From the IMG/VR virus record IMGVR_UViG_3300044878_000205, positions 1 through 64,000 of that record: 64,000 bases of DNA. One strand, 5' to 3'. Shown here piece by piece: positions 44,870 to 55,344 of the stretch. This DNA is from a virus (lineage: Duplodnaviria; Caudoviricetes). Positions within the stretch are counted from its first letter, which is position 1. Each line of letters starts with the position of its first letter. Below the pieces are notes generated by a model. The model did not search any database. It saw only the letters and a program-made list of their open reading frames with translations, and was not told where the DNA came from. A program made the translations under genes and the position numbers.

Positions 44870-46789
44870 ATGGCCGATAAGTTTCAACTCAAGGCGCTGA
44901 TCACCGGCGTCGACAAGCTGTCACCGACCCTGGCCGGTATCCGGAAAAACGTCTCCGGCTTTCGCAAAGGGCTGGAGAGCACCGGGCTGGGCAAGATCGG
45001 CTTTAGCGACATCGTCACCGGCGGGGCCTTGGCGGCCCCGTTCCTTGCCGGGGCCGCGGCGGCGATTGAATTCGAGTCGCAAATGGCCGATGTGAAAAAG
45101 GTGGTCAACTTTGACACCCCGACGCAGTTCAAGCAGATGGGCGAGGACATCAGCAAAATGTCCGAGCGGCTGCCGATGGCCGCCAATGACATCGCCAAGA
45201 TCGTCGCCGCCGGCGGCCAGTCGGGCATAGCCCGCGAGGAGCTGCTGGGCTTTGCTGAGGCGGCGGTGAAGATGGGCATTGCCTTCGACCAGAGCGCTGA
45301 CGAAAGCGGCAGCATGATGGCGACGTGGCGCACGGCGTTCAAAATGACCCAGACCGATGTGGTCGGCTTGGCGGATAAAATCAACTACCTGGGCAACACC
45401 GGCCCGGCCAACACCAAGCAAATTTCCGGCATCGTTACGGAAGTCGGGGCGCTGGGTGAGGTGGCCGGCCTTTCGTCGGGGCAGATCGCCGCGATGGGGG
45501 CGACCATGGCCGGCGTCGGCGTGAAGCAAGATGTGGCCGCGACCGGCATCAAGAACTTTATGTTGGCGCTGACCAAAGGTTCGGCGGCGACCACAGCCCA
45601 GGCGGAGGCTTACAAGGCGTTACGGCTGGACTCGAAAAGCGTGGCGGTGGCGATGCAGAAAGATGCGCAGGGGACCATGCTGGATCTGCTCAAGCGCATT
45701 TCGCAGGTCGATAAAGCCAAGCGTCCCGCGTTGCTGACCAATTTATTCGGCAGCGAATCGATCTCGGCCATTACGCCGCTGTTGACCAACCTGGCGCTGC
45801 TCGAGAGCAACTTGCAAAAGGTCGGCGACACCACGAAATATGCCGGCTCGATGGATACGGAGTACGCCTCGCGCGCGGCCACCACGGCCAACAACCTGCA
45901 GCTGTTGCGCAACGCCGCGGCCAGCGTCGCGCGAGCGGTGGGCAATGCCCTGCTGCCGGGGATCAACGCGGTGGTCGATAGCCTGCGGCCGATGATTTCG
46001 ACCGCGGCCGAGTTGATCCAGGCCAACCCACAGTTGGTCAAGGGCCTGGCCATCGCCGGCGCAGCCTTCACCGCGCTGCGCATTGGGGTGTACGCCGCGA
46101 CCGTGGCCACCCGGGTGTTGGGCGTGGCGTTTGCCGCCTCGCCGGTGGGCATCATTGCCGTGGGCATTGCGGCGGCGGCCGGGTTGATCGTGGCCAATTG
46201 GGACACGGTCGGGCCGTTCTTCACCGCGCTATGGGAGTTGATCAAGGCGCTGGCCACCCCGTTCATGGACTTCATGAAAACGCTGTTTGATTGGTCGCCG
46301 CTGGGCATGCTGGTCAAGCACTGGTCGCCGATCACCGCCTTTTTTAAAGGGTTGTGGGAGGGCGTTAAACCGTATCTGCAGCCGATCCTGAGTCTGTTCG
46401 GGATGGAGGAGGGCGGCGCGGGGCTCACGGCCAAGGTGGCGAGTTACGCCGAGGAGCAACGTCAGCGCAATGCCGGTGCTGGCGGCGGTACCGGCGCGTT
46501 CCTGCAGGCCGACGCGGTGAACATTGCCAAGGGCCAACAGGCGCAACGCAACCTGACCCAAGCCGGCCTCGATCCCGGGCAACTGTTGCGGCCGCCGGCG
46601 ATGCCGGCCCCGGGCGCTCTGCTGCAGCAGGGCGCGGGGAATAACCGGGCGCAGTTGGAAGGCGGCCTGGTGATGCGTTTCGAGAATGCCCCGCCCGGCT
46701 TTCGGGTCGATCCGGGGACCAGCAATCAGCCGGGTCTGTCGATCACGCCGAAGGTCGGCTACCGCTCGCTGGCAGGGAGTAACCCGTAA
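44870..46789 (+). CDS. Tape measure protein (copy 2)
   Basis: Homologue of 6897..8813. Confidence 0.93.
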   Translation: MADKFQLKALITGVDKLSPTLAGIRKNVSGFRKGLESTGLGKIGFSDIVTGGALAAPFLAGAAAAIEFESQMADVKKVVNFDTPTQFKQMGEDISKMSERLPMAANDIAKIVAAGGQSGIAREELLGFAEAAVKMGIAFDQSADESGSMMATWRTAFKMTQTDVVGLADKINYLGNTGPANTKQISGIVTEVGALGEVAGLSSGQIAAMGATMAGVGVKQDVAATGIKNFMLALTKGSAATTAQAEAYKALRLDSKSVAVAMQKDAQGTMLDLLKRISQVDKAKRPALLTNLFGSESISAITPLLTNLALLESNLQKVGDTTKYAGSMDTEYASRAATTANNLQLLRNAAASVARAVGNALLPGINAVVDSLRPMISTAAELIQANPQLVKGLAIAGAAFTALRIGVYAATVATRVLGVAFAASPVGIIAVGIAAAAGLIVANWDTVGPFFTALWELIKALATPFMDFMKTLFDWSPLGMLVKHWSPITAFFKGLWEGVKPYLQPILSLFGMEEGGAGLTAKVASYAEEQRQRNAGAGGGTGAFLQADAVNIAKGQQAQRNLTQAGLDPGQLLRPPAMPAPGALLQQGAGNNRAQLEGGLVMRFENAPPGFRVDPGTSNQPGLSITPKVGYRSLAGSNP

Positions 46790-48048
46790 TGAGTGAATGG
46801 CGTGACCGCAAACAAGGCGCCTCCTTTCGAGGGGTGCCGTTCCTGGTGGACACCGACAGCGTGCCTGTCGGGCGGCGGACCCAGTTGCATGAGTTCCCGC
46901 AGCGCGATCAACCCTTTGTCGAAGACCTCGGGCGGCGCACCCGGCAATACAAGTTCACCGGCTTTGTCGCCGGTGATGACTTCCTGGCGCAACGCGACCG
47001 CCTGCTGACCGCGCTGGACACGCCCGGCGCCGGTGAGCTGGTGCATCCGTGGTTCGGCCGCCTGACCGTGACCGCCGGCGAGTGCGAGTTATCGCATGCA
47101 CGCACTGAGCTGGGCATGGCGCGCTTTAACCTGGTGTTTATCGACGGCATGCTGGAGTTCCCAGCGCAGTCGCCGAACACCCGCCGCGCGCTGGCGGCGC
47201 AGGCGCCGAGCCTGCTGGGCTCGATCAAGGAGCGCTTCAACGCGGCCATGGCCCCGGTCGATTTGGCCCGGCAACGGGCCAGCGCCGTGCGTTCGGCGCT
47301 GTCGGGGGCCATGGGCTTTGCGCTGAAGTTCCTCAGTCCCGGTACCGCCTTGGGCACCGATATCAGCGGTCTGGTGTCCTCGCTGATGAATGGCCCGGGG
47401 GCGTTCGCTGACAGCCTGCTGTCCGGGATCAGTGGCCTGGAGCGCTCCTTCAGCGGCTACGGCTCCAGCGGTTCGTTTAGCGGCAGCGCCGCCAAGGCGG
47501 CGGCGGTGTCGGCGTTGCCGACCTCGGCGCCGGTGCCGGTTGACCCGGAGGTGGCGACCATTCAGCGCGCGGTGATTGGCCTGGTGCAGGATGCGGCGCT
47601 GTTGGATGTGCTGCTGGACATGGCCGAGGTGCCGGTCGCGGTCCGTCAGGGGGTTAGTGCGCCGGCGGCCGTGGACGTACAACTGGCGCAGCAAGGGGCC
47701 ACGGTCGAGGCCGGTACCGAGGTCGAGACGGCGGTGCCGGTGGCCGATGACGTGCTGGCGGTGCGTGACTCGATCAGCGAGGCGTTGTGGTCGGTGGCGG
47801 GGGAAAGCCCGCCGGAACACTTCGGCGTGCTGAGCGAGGCGCGGGTGGCCCTGGATCGGCACTTGACCGAGGTGGCGCGCAGTGGGGTCGGGCTGCGCGT
47901 GTATGCCCCGGCTGAAACTGTATCGGCCTTAGTGCTGGCCAATGCGCTGTATGGCGATGCGCTGCGCAGTGGTGAAATCGTTGCGCGTAATCGTGTGCGT
48001 CATCCGGGCTTCATGCCCGCCACCGAACTTCAAGTCGCGAAAACCTAA
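46789..48048 (+). CDS. DNA circularization / tail protein (copy 2)
   Basis: Homologue of 8813..10072. Confidence 0.9.
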   Translation: MSEWRDRKQGASFRGVPFLVDTDSVPVGRRTQLHEFPQRDQPFVEDLGRRTRQYKFTGFVAGDDFLAQRDRLLTALDTPGAGELVHPWFGRLTVTAGECELSHARTELGMARFNLVFIDGMLEFPAQSPNTRRALAAQAPSLLGSIKERFNAAMAPVDLARQRASAVRSALSGAMGFALKFLSPGTALGTDISGLVSSLMNGPGAFADSLLSGISGLERSFSGYGSSGSFSGSAAKAAAVSALPTSAPVPVDPEVATIQRAVIGLVQDAALLDVLLDMAEVPVAVRQGVSAPAAVDVQLAQQGATVEAGTEVETAVPVADDVLAVRDSISEALWSVAGESPPEHFGVLSEARVALDRHLTEVARSGVGLRVYAPAETVSALVLANALYGDALRSGEIVARNRVRHPGFMPATELQVAKT

Positions 48049-48050
48049 CC

Positions 48051-49160
48051 ATGGACGAGCTGAACAAAGTCACCCTGAGCGTGGGTGGGCACGACTACGC
48101 CGGTTGGAAAAGCGTCAGTATCGGCGCCGGTCTGGAACGTCAGGCGCGGGATTTTAACCTGGGCGTGACCTGGCGCTGGCCGGGCAGCGCCGAGGTGCCG
48201 GTGCGGATCGCCCAGGGCGAAGCGGTGGAACTGCGCATTGGCCCGGATCTGCTGTTGACCGGTTATGTGTTCAGCACGCCGGTTCGTTACGACAGCGAGT
48301 CGGTGACGCTGAGCATTAGCGGACGTTCGCGTACCGCGGATCTGGTCGACTGCGCCGCGGTCAATCAGCCCGGGCAATGGCGCGGGCAAAGCGTGCAAAC
48401 GATCATCGCGGCGATTGCCGGTGAATACGGGATCAAGGTGGTCAACGATGCCGCGGTGACCTTGGGCCTGGAGGACCACACGCTGGAGCCGGGCGAGACG
48501 GCGTTTGAAAGCATCGACCGGCTGTTGACCCTGTCACGGCTGTTCAGCACTGACGATGGCCAGGGGCGCCTGGTGATCGCCCGTGCCGGCAGTGCCGGGC
48601 GCGCGGTCGACACCCTGGAGCTGGGCAAAAACCTGCTGTCCGGCGATACCGCGCTGGACTTTTCCAACGTGTTTTCCGAATACGTCAGCAAGGGTCAGCG
48701 CAGCGGCAGCGACACCAGTTTTGGCGCCGCGGCCAGCGAGGTCGAAGCGCGCCTGAGCGACCCGCGCCTTGCCCGGCGACGGGTGAAGGTCATCCAGCAA
48801 TCCGGGCAACTGACCGCGGCGCTGGCCCGCGAGCGGGTCGAGTGGGAACGGGCCAGCGCGGTCGGTAAAGCCTTGACCGTGAACTACGTGGTGCAGGGCT
48901 GGCGGCAAAGCAACGGCGCGCTGTGGCGGCACAACATGCTGGTGCGGGTGGTCGATCCGTTGATCGGCATCGACCGCGACATGCTGATCAGTGAAATCAG
49001 TTACGAGCTGAGCGAGCAGGGCACCACGGCCAAAATCAGCGTGGCGCCGCCGGAGGCTTTCCTGCCGGAGCCGAACGACGCGCAGGCCAAACGCAAGCTC
49101 AAGAAAGGCAAGAAGACCGACAACTTTGAATACCTCATTCCAGCGGACTACAAACCATGA
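48051..49160 (+). CDS. Baseplate hub (copy 2)
   Basis: Homologue of 10075..11184. Confidence 0.9.
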   Translation: MDELNKVTLSVGGHDYAGWKSVSIGAGLERQARDFNLGVTWRWPGSAEVPVRIAQGEAVELRIGPDLLLTGYVFSTPVRYDSESVTLSISGRSRTADLVDCAAVNQPGQWRGQSVQTIIAAIAGEYGIKVVNDAAVTLGLEDHTLEPGETAFESIDRLLTLSRLFSTDDGQGRLVIARAGSAGRAVDTLELGKNLLSGDTALDFSNVFSEYVSKGQRSGSDTSFGAAASEVEARLSDPRLARRRVKVIQQSGQLTAALARERVEWERASAVGKALTVNYVVQGWRQSNGALWRHNMLVRVVDPLIGIDRDMLISEISYELSEQGTTAKISVAPPEAFLPEPNDAQAKRKLKKGKKTDNFEYLIPADYKP

Positions 49161-49672
49161 AAAACGGCATCGCGAACTTTCTGGCCCGCGGCATGGTGGC
49201 TCTGGGCAACTCGGCCAGCATGCTGCAAAGCCTGCAGCTGCGGCTGTTGGCCGGCGAGGTCAAAGACAACGTGGAGCACCTGGAGCCCTATGGCTTTACG
49301 GCCTGCCCCAAGGAAGGCGCCGAGGCGCTGGCCGGGTTCATCGGCGGCGACCGCAGCCACGCGGTGGTGATCGTGGTCGCGGATCGGCGCTTTCGCCTGC
49401 AGGGCCTCAAGCCGGGCGAGGTGGCCCTGTACACCGACGAAGGCGATTTCATTCATTTCAAGCGCGGCCGGATCATCGACATTGAAACCGTGACGCTGAA
49501 CGTCAAGGCGACGGAGGCGGTGCACTTCGATACGCCGCTGATCAGCACCACCGGGCGCATTGAGTCGGCGGGCGATCAGATCGCGGCCGGCATCAGCCAA
49601 ATCAACCACCCGCACAGCGACGTTCAAACCGGCAACGGCCAAAGCGGGCCGCCGGTCGGGGGTGGCGCATGA
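49157..49672 (+). CDS. Baseplate spike (copy 2)
   Basis: Homologue of 11181..11684. Confidence 0.9.
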   Translation: MKNGIANFLARGMVALGNSASMLQSLQLRLLAGEVKDNVEHLEPYGFTACPKEGAEALAGFIGGDRSHAVVIVVADRRFRLQGLKPGEVALYTDEGDFIHFKRGRIIDIETVTLNVKATEAVHFDTPLISTTGRIESAGDQIAAGISQINHPHSDVQTGNGQSGPPVGGGA

Positions 49673-50055
49673 CCCGTGAAGAGTTATTGCGCCGCGCGGT
49701 GACCATCAGCCTGTTCAGCTGGCGCCGGGCTGGACCGGATGACGCGGTGGACGACAGCGACCGTAAAGGCTGGTGGGGCGACTGCGTGCCGTCGGTGGCC
49801 GGCGACCGGATCGGCTCGCGGCTGTGGCTGTTGTCGCGTCGCACGCTGGTCGCGCAGACGCTGCAGGACGCCCAGGCCTACGCCGAAGAGGCACTGGCCT
49901 GGCTGCTCGATGACCAGATTGTCACGGTGGTGACGGTCACGGCCGAGCGCCAAGGCAACGACCGGATGAACCTGCGCGTGATGCTGACCGAGCAGAGCGG
50001 CGAAACGCTGGAACTGAATTTTGCAGACACCTGGGAGCTGATCAATGGCGTATGA
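49669..50055 (+). CDS. gp46-like baseplate protein (copy 2)
   Basis: Homologue of 11681..12067. Confidence 0.9.
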   Translation: MTREELLRRAVTISLFSWRRAGPDDAVDDSDRKGWWGDCVPSVAGDRIGSRLWLLSRRTLVAQTLQDAQAYAEEALAWLLDDQIVTVVTVTAERQGNDRMNLRVMLTEQSGETLELNFADTWELINGV

Positions 50056-51088
50056 GATTCCGACGCTGCCGGCGCTGATCCAGCGCACCGAGGCCGATTT
50101 TGAGCGCAATGCCCCGGACGCCTTGCGCCGCGCGGATGCCAAGGTGGCGGCGCGGGCGCTGAGCGGTACGGCCTACGAGCTGTACGGCTATCAAGACTGG
50201 ATCGCTCGGCAGTCCAGCCCGGCGACGTGCGATGAAGCCATGTTGCTGCGCTGGGCCGACTGGCGTTTGGAGGGCGGGCGCAACCCGGCCGTGGCGGCCA
50301 CTGGGGTGGTGTCGGTCACCGGCTCCACGGGCGCCCTGGTCGATGCCGGCCAGCTCTACCAATCGGAGGACGGTCGACGCTATGTGGTGCTGCACGCCGT
50401 CACACTGGTGAATGGCGCGGCCACCTTGTCAGTGATGGCTGAGGCGGTGGGCAGCCTGGGCAACCTCGAGGCCGGCAGCCTAACGGCGGTGACGCCGGTG
50501 ATGGGCGTCAACGCGACGGCCAGCATTGGCCCCGATGGCATTGTCGGCGGTACCGAACAAGAGGCGTTGGAGGCGCTGCGCGCGCGGGTGCAGGCGGCGT
50601 TCAAAAACCCGAGCAAGGTCGGCAACGGTGCCGACTTTGTCGAGTGGGCCTTGGAGGTGCCGGGTGTCACCCGCGCCTGGGCCTTACCGCGCTGGATGGG
50701 GCCGGGCACGTTTGGCCTGGCGTTCGTGCGTGATGGCGATCCTGACCTGATCCCTACGCCCGTCCAGGTCGCCGAGGTGCAAGCCTACTTGGACCTGAAT
50801 CGTCCGGTCACCTCAGAAATTTACGCCTTGGCGCCCGAGGCCCGGCCGATTGATTTCAGCCTGCACCTGGTGCCGGATGGCAGCGCGCTGCGTGCGGCCG
50901 TCACGCAAGCCTTGCACGGCCTGATCATCGACGAAGGCGGGCCCAGCGAAACGCTGAGGATTACCCATGTGCGCAACACCATCAGCAACACCCCCGGGGA
51001 AACCGACCATGTGTTGAGTGCGCCGACGGGGGATGTGCTGATGGGCGCCAATCAAGTGGCGGTGCTGGGGGTGATCACATGGCTTTAA
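50045..51088 (+). CDS. Baseplate J-like protein (copy 2)
   Basis: Homologue of 12057..13100. Confidence 0.92.
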   Translation: MAYEIPTLPALIQRTEADFERNAPDALRRADAKVAARALSGTAYELYGYQDWIARQSSPATCDEAMLLRWADWRLEGGRNPAVAATGVVSVTGSTGALVDAGQLYQSEDGRRYVVLHAVTLVNGAATLSVMAEAVGSLGNLEAGSLTAVTPVMGVNATASIGPDGIVGGTEQEALEALRARVQAAFKNPSKVGNGADFVEWALEVPGVTRAWALPRWMGPGTFGLAFVRDGDPDLIPTPVQVAEVQAYLDLNRPVTSEIYALAPEARPIDFSLHLVPDGSALRAAVTQALHGLIIDEGGPSETLRITHVRNTISNTPGETDHVLSAPTGDVLMGANQVAVLGVITWL

Positions 51089-51723
51089 CCGAGGCGGATT
51101 ACCAGCAGCAACTGCGCCAGCTGTTACCGCCGGGGCCGGCGTTTGATCCGGCGTTACAGCCGGACTGGGCGCAGATCGTGGCGGCCCTGGCCCCGGAGCT
51201 GGCCCGGGTCGATGGCAACGGCGAGGCGTTGTTGCTGGAGTTGAACCCGGCCACGGCCACGGCGTTGTTGCCGTATTGGGAGAGCTATCTGGGTCTGCCG
51301 GATGTGTGCACGGTGCCCGGTTCGCAAACCCTGGAAGAGCGCCGCCAAGCGGTGATCACCAAGCTGACCGCGACCGGGGCTCCGCAGCTGAGCTACTACC
51401 GCAAGTTGGGTACTCAGGTCGGTATCAGTATCGATATTCAGGAGTTCCGTCCGGCTCGGGTTGGTCCGGCCAGTGTCGGCGATTTCCTGTACGGCGCGGG
51501 TTGGCCGTGGAGCTGGATCGCTTCGGCCCCGGTTGAAGCCTATGGCACGGCGGCCGCGGCGACGCTGGATTGCCGGTTGCAGCGCGACGCCCCGGAATAC
51601 ACCGACGTCGTGCTGGGGTTTGGTCACGAGGTTGTCGCCGGTATCGCGTCGAAAGTGGATCAGCTGTTCAACGCCATTCATTACGTGGTGCCGGGCGCTA
51701 TGGCCGGCATCGAGGACCTATAG
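51079..51723 (+). CDS. YmfQ-like baseplate protein (copy 2)
   Basis: Homologue of 13091..13735. Confidence 0.88.
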   Translation: MALTEADYQQQLRQLLPPGPAFDPALQPDWAQIVAALAPELARVDGNGEALLLELNPATATALLPYWESYLGLPDVCTVPGSQTLEERRQAVITKLTATGAPQLSYYRKLGTQVGISIDIQEFRPARVGPASVGDFLYGAGWPWSWIASAPVEAYGTAAAATLDCRLQRDAPEYTDVVLGFGHEVVAGIASKVDQLFNAIHYVVPGAMAGIEDL

Positions 51724-51724
51724 C

Positions 51725-52504
51725 ATGCAGAGAATTTCCAGCTGGACCGATCTGGTCGCAGCCCTTGGGCTGTTCCGTTATGGCACCGTGACGGGCGGGG
51801 TAGCCCCGACCCCGCTCAAGGCGGAGTGGCTGAACATGGTTCAGGAAGAGTTGGCGAACGCCATCCTGGCTTTTTTGCCTGAGCTGGATGCCAATGACCC
51901 GACGCAACTGCTCAAGGCGATTCAAGCCTCGGGCGCTAACTATGCGCTGAAAGCGACCACGCTGGCTGGGTACGGCATTGTGAATGCCTACACCAAGCCG
52001 GAGACCGATTGGCTGCTGTCACAGAAAGCCAACAACGCCATCACCCTGGCCGGCTATGGCATCGGCGATGCCTACACCAAAACGGCCACCGACACGCTGC
52101 TGGCCGGCAAAGCCAACAACGCCACGACCCTGGGCGGCTATGGCATCGCCGATGCTTACACCAAAGCGGCCACCGACACGCTGCTGGCTGCCAAGCAAGA
52201 CAAGAACACGGCTTTGATGGAGGCCACCGGGTGGCGCCTGGACAAAGCGACCGGGTTTCTGGAGCAGTGGGGGAGCGGCGTTTGCCCGGCGGATACCACC
52301 ACCGCGCCGATTAACTTCCCCACGCCCTTTGCCGAGGTCTACAACTGCTTTGGCAACAAGATCAACACCAACTCGGTGGACGGGGATGGCAACGCCGCTG
52401 GGGCGTTTGCTACCAGCGCAACGCAGTATCAGTTGTTCAACGATACGAACCTGATGGCGGTCACCGTGCATTGGCGCGCGATTGGCAAGGCGCCCGGCTA
52501 TTAA
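51725..52504 (+). CDS. Short tail fibre (copy 2)
   Basis: Homologue of 13737..14516, same length. Confidence 0.85.
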   Translation: MQRISSWTDLVAALGLFRYGTVTGGVAPTPLKAEWLNMVQEELANAILAFLPELDANDPTQLLKAIQASGANYALKATTLAGYGIVNAYTKPETDWLLSQKANNAITLAGYGIGDAYTKTATDTLLAGKANNATTLGGYGIADAYTKAATDTLLAAKQDKNTALMEATGWRLDKATGFLEQWGSGVCPADTTTAPINFPTPFAEVYNCFGNKINTNSVDGDGNAAGAFATSATQYQLFNDTNLMAVTVHWRAIGKAPGY

Positions 52505-52568
52505 CCGTTAAAAACATAAGTTTTACACAACCCGCTTCGGCGGTTTTTTTTCGCCTGGAGAAAAGTTA

Positions 52569-54947
52569 ATGACCGATATCACGGCGCTGGAGGCTTACGC
52601 GGGTACGCTGTCGGAGGCGGCGCAGTTATCAATGGGCGCGGCCCTACTGCAACATCAATTCGTCCATGGCGGAGTTGATGAGGTCATCCAGACAGAATCA
52701 GGGCCCCTGCCATCGCTGGCCAAATGGCGCGTCGACTTGGCGACCATTGAAACGGCGCTGGCCAACCCGAATGTCGGGCCGGGCATGGTCGGTTGGAAGC
52801 GCAGTGCGTTGTCTGATTCGATTAAAACAATCGGCCAGATGCTGTCGGCCCAGGCCTATAACGTCTGGGAGCACGCGAACCTCATCATTAGCAAGCCCAC
52901 ATCGGACCACCGCACCTGGGACTGGGCGCCCGCTATCGTGGCCGCCTGGAATGCAACGCCGATTGGCGGCTCCCTTGTTATTCCGATGGGGGTACATATT
53001 GGTTCGGCCGTTACCCTGACAGACAAGGCGGTCAATCTGTACTGCATGGGTCCGATCACGGTCGCCGATGGTAATTTTACGGCCCTGTACTTCGACGGCA
53101 CGGCCAATGTGACCGAGTACCCTGGCACCATCCTGACCGGCATTGCCGGTGGCGATACGAAGCTGAATTTTATCCCTGGAATGGCGCCTGCGCTTAACCC
53201 GACCGACTACTACTTGGTCATCTACTCGCTTGAGGCCAACGTCAACCGGGTCAACGAGACGTACTACATCCCTTACAGCAAGCGGGAGACTCACGGACTC
53301 AGCCACTATGACTGGTCGCTCCACGATCCAATCCTGTACACCTATGCTGATCTGTCGGGTGTCACCTTGCGGTTCATCAAGAAGGCCGCCAGGACCAAGA
53401 TCGTCGGCCTGACGCTGCAGGCGGACGCCAGCACAAACCGCTCTGCGCGCGACCTTCTGCGCACCCGCTGCAAGAGTTGCGTTGACTTCGAGGGTCTGCA
53501 CATCAACAGCGCCCTGGCCGATCGCGCTGGGTTTGGCTTCGAAATCTACGAGTGTTTTGATTTCGTGCTCAACTCGCCGCGGGTATCCGGCTACAACGTA
53601 AGCGGGGTGGACTCGTACAAGATCAGAAGTTTCATGTCGGCGCACCTGGTCTTTAACGACTACATTGATGCCACTGATGCTGACCCTGTCTCGCCCAATA
53701 ACAAAACAGAGCGCGCCTACGCCTCTATGTACAGCAACATGATCACCTTCAACAATTGCTACTTGAATGGGATCGATGAGCACTACGGCAGTCGATACGT
53801 GATTAACGGTGGCAGCCTGTCCCATCGCGGTATCGGGTTTGCAGGGCGAGACGTGACGATCAACGGGACGAAGTTTACCGGCCCTGGCGCGCTGTTCCAG
53901 CCCCGCGATGATTCGCCGTCTTGTCACGGCACGCTGCTCATCAATAACGTTGAGCTCGACGCGGTTAGCCAGTTGATCCAGGGTGAAACAGGCATCATCA
54001 CGGACCCGCTGGGGCGCACCACGCCGTTCAAAATGTTCGACCGGATACTTGTCGATGGAGTGGTAGTAAAAGGTGGTCTTCAGTCTTGGGAGAACATTAT
54101 TTCGTTCCGCGGCATCCGCAACGCAACAACCTTCACTTCATCCAAGACCACATTGATTGATGTGCGCAACTTGAAGGTCTACAGCGAGCGGACCAATGTC
54201 AACCACAGCATCATGCAGTTCGCGAGCATCTGGGTCGAAACGGTTAACGCAGAAAACTGGGAGATCGCTGATAGCGCGGTGGCGTACCGGGGAGACATTC
54301 GATACTTGGGTCCGGCCTACGATGCGCTCAACATCGGCGAGCTGAAAGTTGCCAACAGCCGGGTGACTGTTTACGGGATAAGGAACACGGCCAAGTTCAC
54401 CATGCGCGGCGGATCTCTGGCCGGTAGCGGTGAGAGCCTTCTGGTGGAGGGGGGCTTTGGTGCCGTGGCGGTATCGCTGAAAGGGGTCGAGCTGAACAAG
54501 CCCCTGGCAGAGTCGGTGCCAGTGGCCGGAGTCAACCCCACTTGGGATATCGTCGATTGCACGATAAATGTTGCCCCTAGCAACTTGACTGGGCGAATTG
54601 CGCGAGGTCTTCGCAATAGCATAGCTCTCGGCGTGACCATTCCTGGAGCGCTGGTGGGTAAGCTGCGGATCTACGAGAACCCCGCAATGTTTTCGCCTAC
54701 CACGATCACGGGTAGCGCGTCGTGGACGATTCCCGCTATCGCGTCGGGTGCGTCATTGCCTAACAACTTTACCCTGGCAGGTGTCGCGTTTGGCGATCAA
54801 GTCGATGTTGCCATATACGCCCCCTCCGTTTCGGCAACGGCTCAAGTCACCACGGCCGACACGATTGCCGTGGTGATCAACAACAACTCTGGGACTTCGG
54901 TGACGCTTGGGGCTCAGACGCTACGGTTCACGGTAAGAAAGCTCTAA
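52569..54947 (+). CDS. Tailspike / receptor-binding protein (copy 2, 792 aa)
   Basis: Shares only the N-terminal ~68 aa with the copy-1 spike; long beta-rich body. Confidence 0.75.
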   Translation: MTDITALEAYAGTLSEAAQLSMGAALLQHQFVHGGVDEVIQTESGPLPSLAKWRVDLATIETALANPNVGPGMVGWKRSALSDSIKTIGQMLSAQAYNVWEHANLIISKPTSDHRTWDWAPAIVAAWNATPIGGSLVIPMGVHIGSAVTLTDKAVNLYCMGPITVADGNFTALYFDGTANVTEYPGTILTGIAGGDTKLNFIPGMAPALNPTDYYLVIYSLEANVNRVNETYYIPYSKRETHGLSHYDWSLHDPILYTYADLSGVTLRFIKKAARTKIVGLTLQADASTNRSARDLLRTRCKSCVDFEGLHINSALADRAGFGFEIYECFDFVLNSPRVSGYNVSGVDSYKIRSFMSAHLVFNDYIDATDADPVSPNNKTERAYASMYSNMITFNNCYLNGIDEHYGSRYVINGGSLSHRGIGFAGRDVTINGTKFTGPGALFQPRDDSPSCHGTLLINNVELDAVSQLIQGETGIITDPLGRTTPFKMFDRILVDGVVVKGGLQSWENIISFRGIRNATTFTSSKTTLIDVRNLKVYSERTNVNHSIMQFASIWVETVNAENWEIADSAVAYRGDIRYLGPAYDALNIGELKVANSRVTVYGIRNTAKFTMRGGSLAGSGESLLVEGGFGAVAVSLKGVELNKPLAESVPVAGVNPTWDIVDCTINVAPSNLTGRIARGLRNSIALGVTIPGALVGKLRIYENPAMFSPTTITGSASWTIPAIASGASLPNNFTLAGVAFGDQVDVAIYAPSVSATAQVTTADTIAVVINNNSGTSVTLGAQTLRFTVRKL

Positions 54948-55034
54948 CGGGGCTCCCTCCTCCTGTTGTTTTGGGAGGGTGGGGCTGGATCAAAACTTAA
55001 AATTTACCGTTCGTAAACGGTAGGGGCTCTTTTA

Positions 55035-55289
55035 ATGGCACTTAAAAAAAACCTTGAATTCCGTGGCATCTTGGTTCCGGATGCCTACATCAAGATTGCA
55101 ACCACCACGATCATCGCCGGCAATGAGTGGATTGACTTCTGCGTGCATTACCTGGCCACGGATACTGGATCACCCTTTAACAGCGTGAACGTGCAGTGCG
55201 CCTACAATCTGCTGGGCGACAATCCCATCAAGCAGGGCTATGAGCACCTGAAGACGCTTCCTGAGTTCGAGGGCTGCACCGACTGCTGA
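55035..55289 (+). CDS. Small tailspike-associated protein
   Basis: MAL.K...DAYIKI...NPIKQGYEHLKTLPEF...DC pattern typical of genes after tail fibres; copy-2-specific. Confidence 0.65.
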   Translation: MALKKNLEFRGILVPDAYIKIATTTIIAGNEWIDFCVHYLATDTGSPFNSVNVQCAYNLLGDNPIKQGYEHLKTLPEFEGCTDC

Positions 55290-55344
55290 CAGTTAGTCGG
55301 CAGAACGCCGTGGATGTGGAGCCCGAAGGCTCCATTTTGACTTG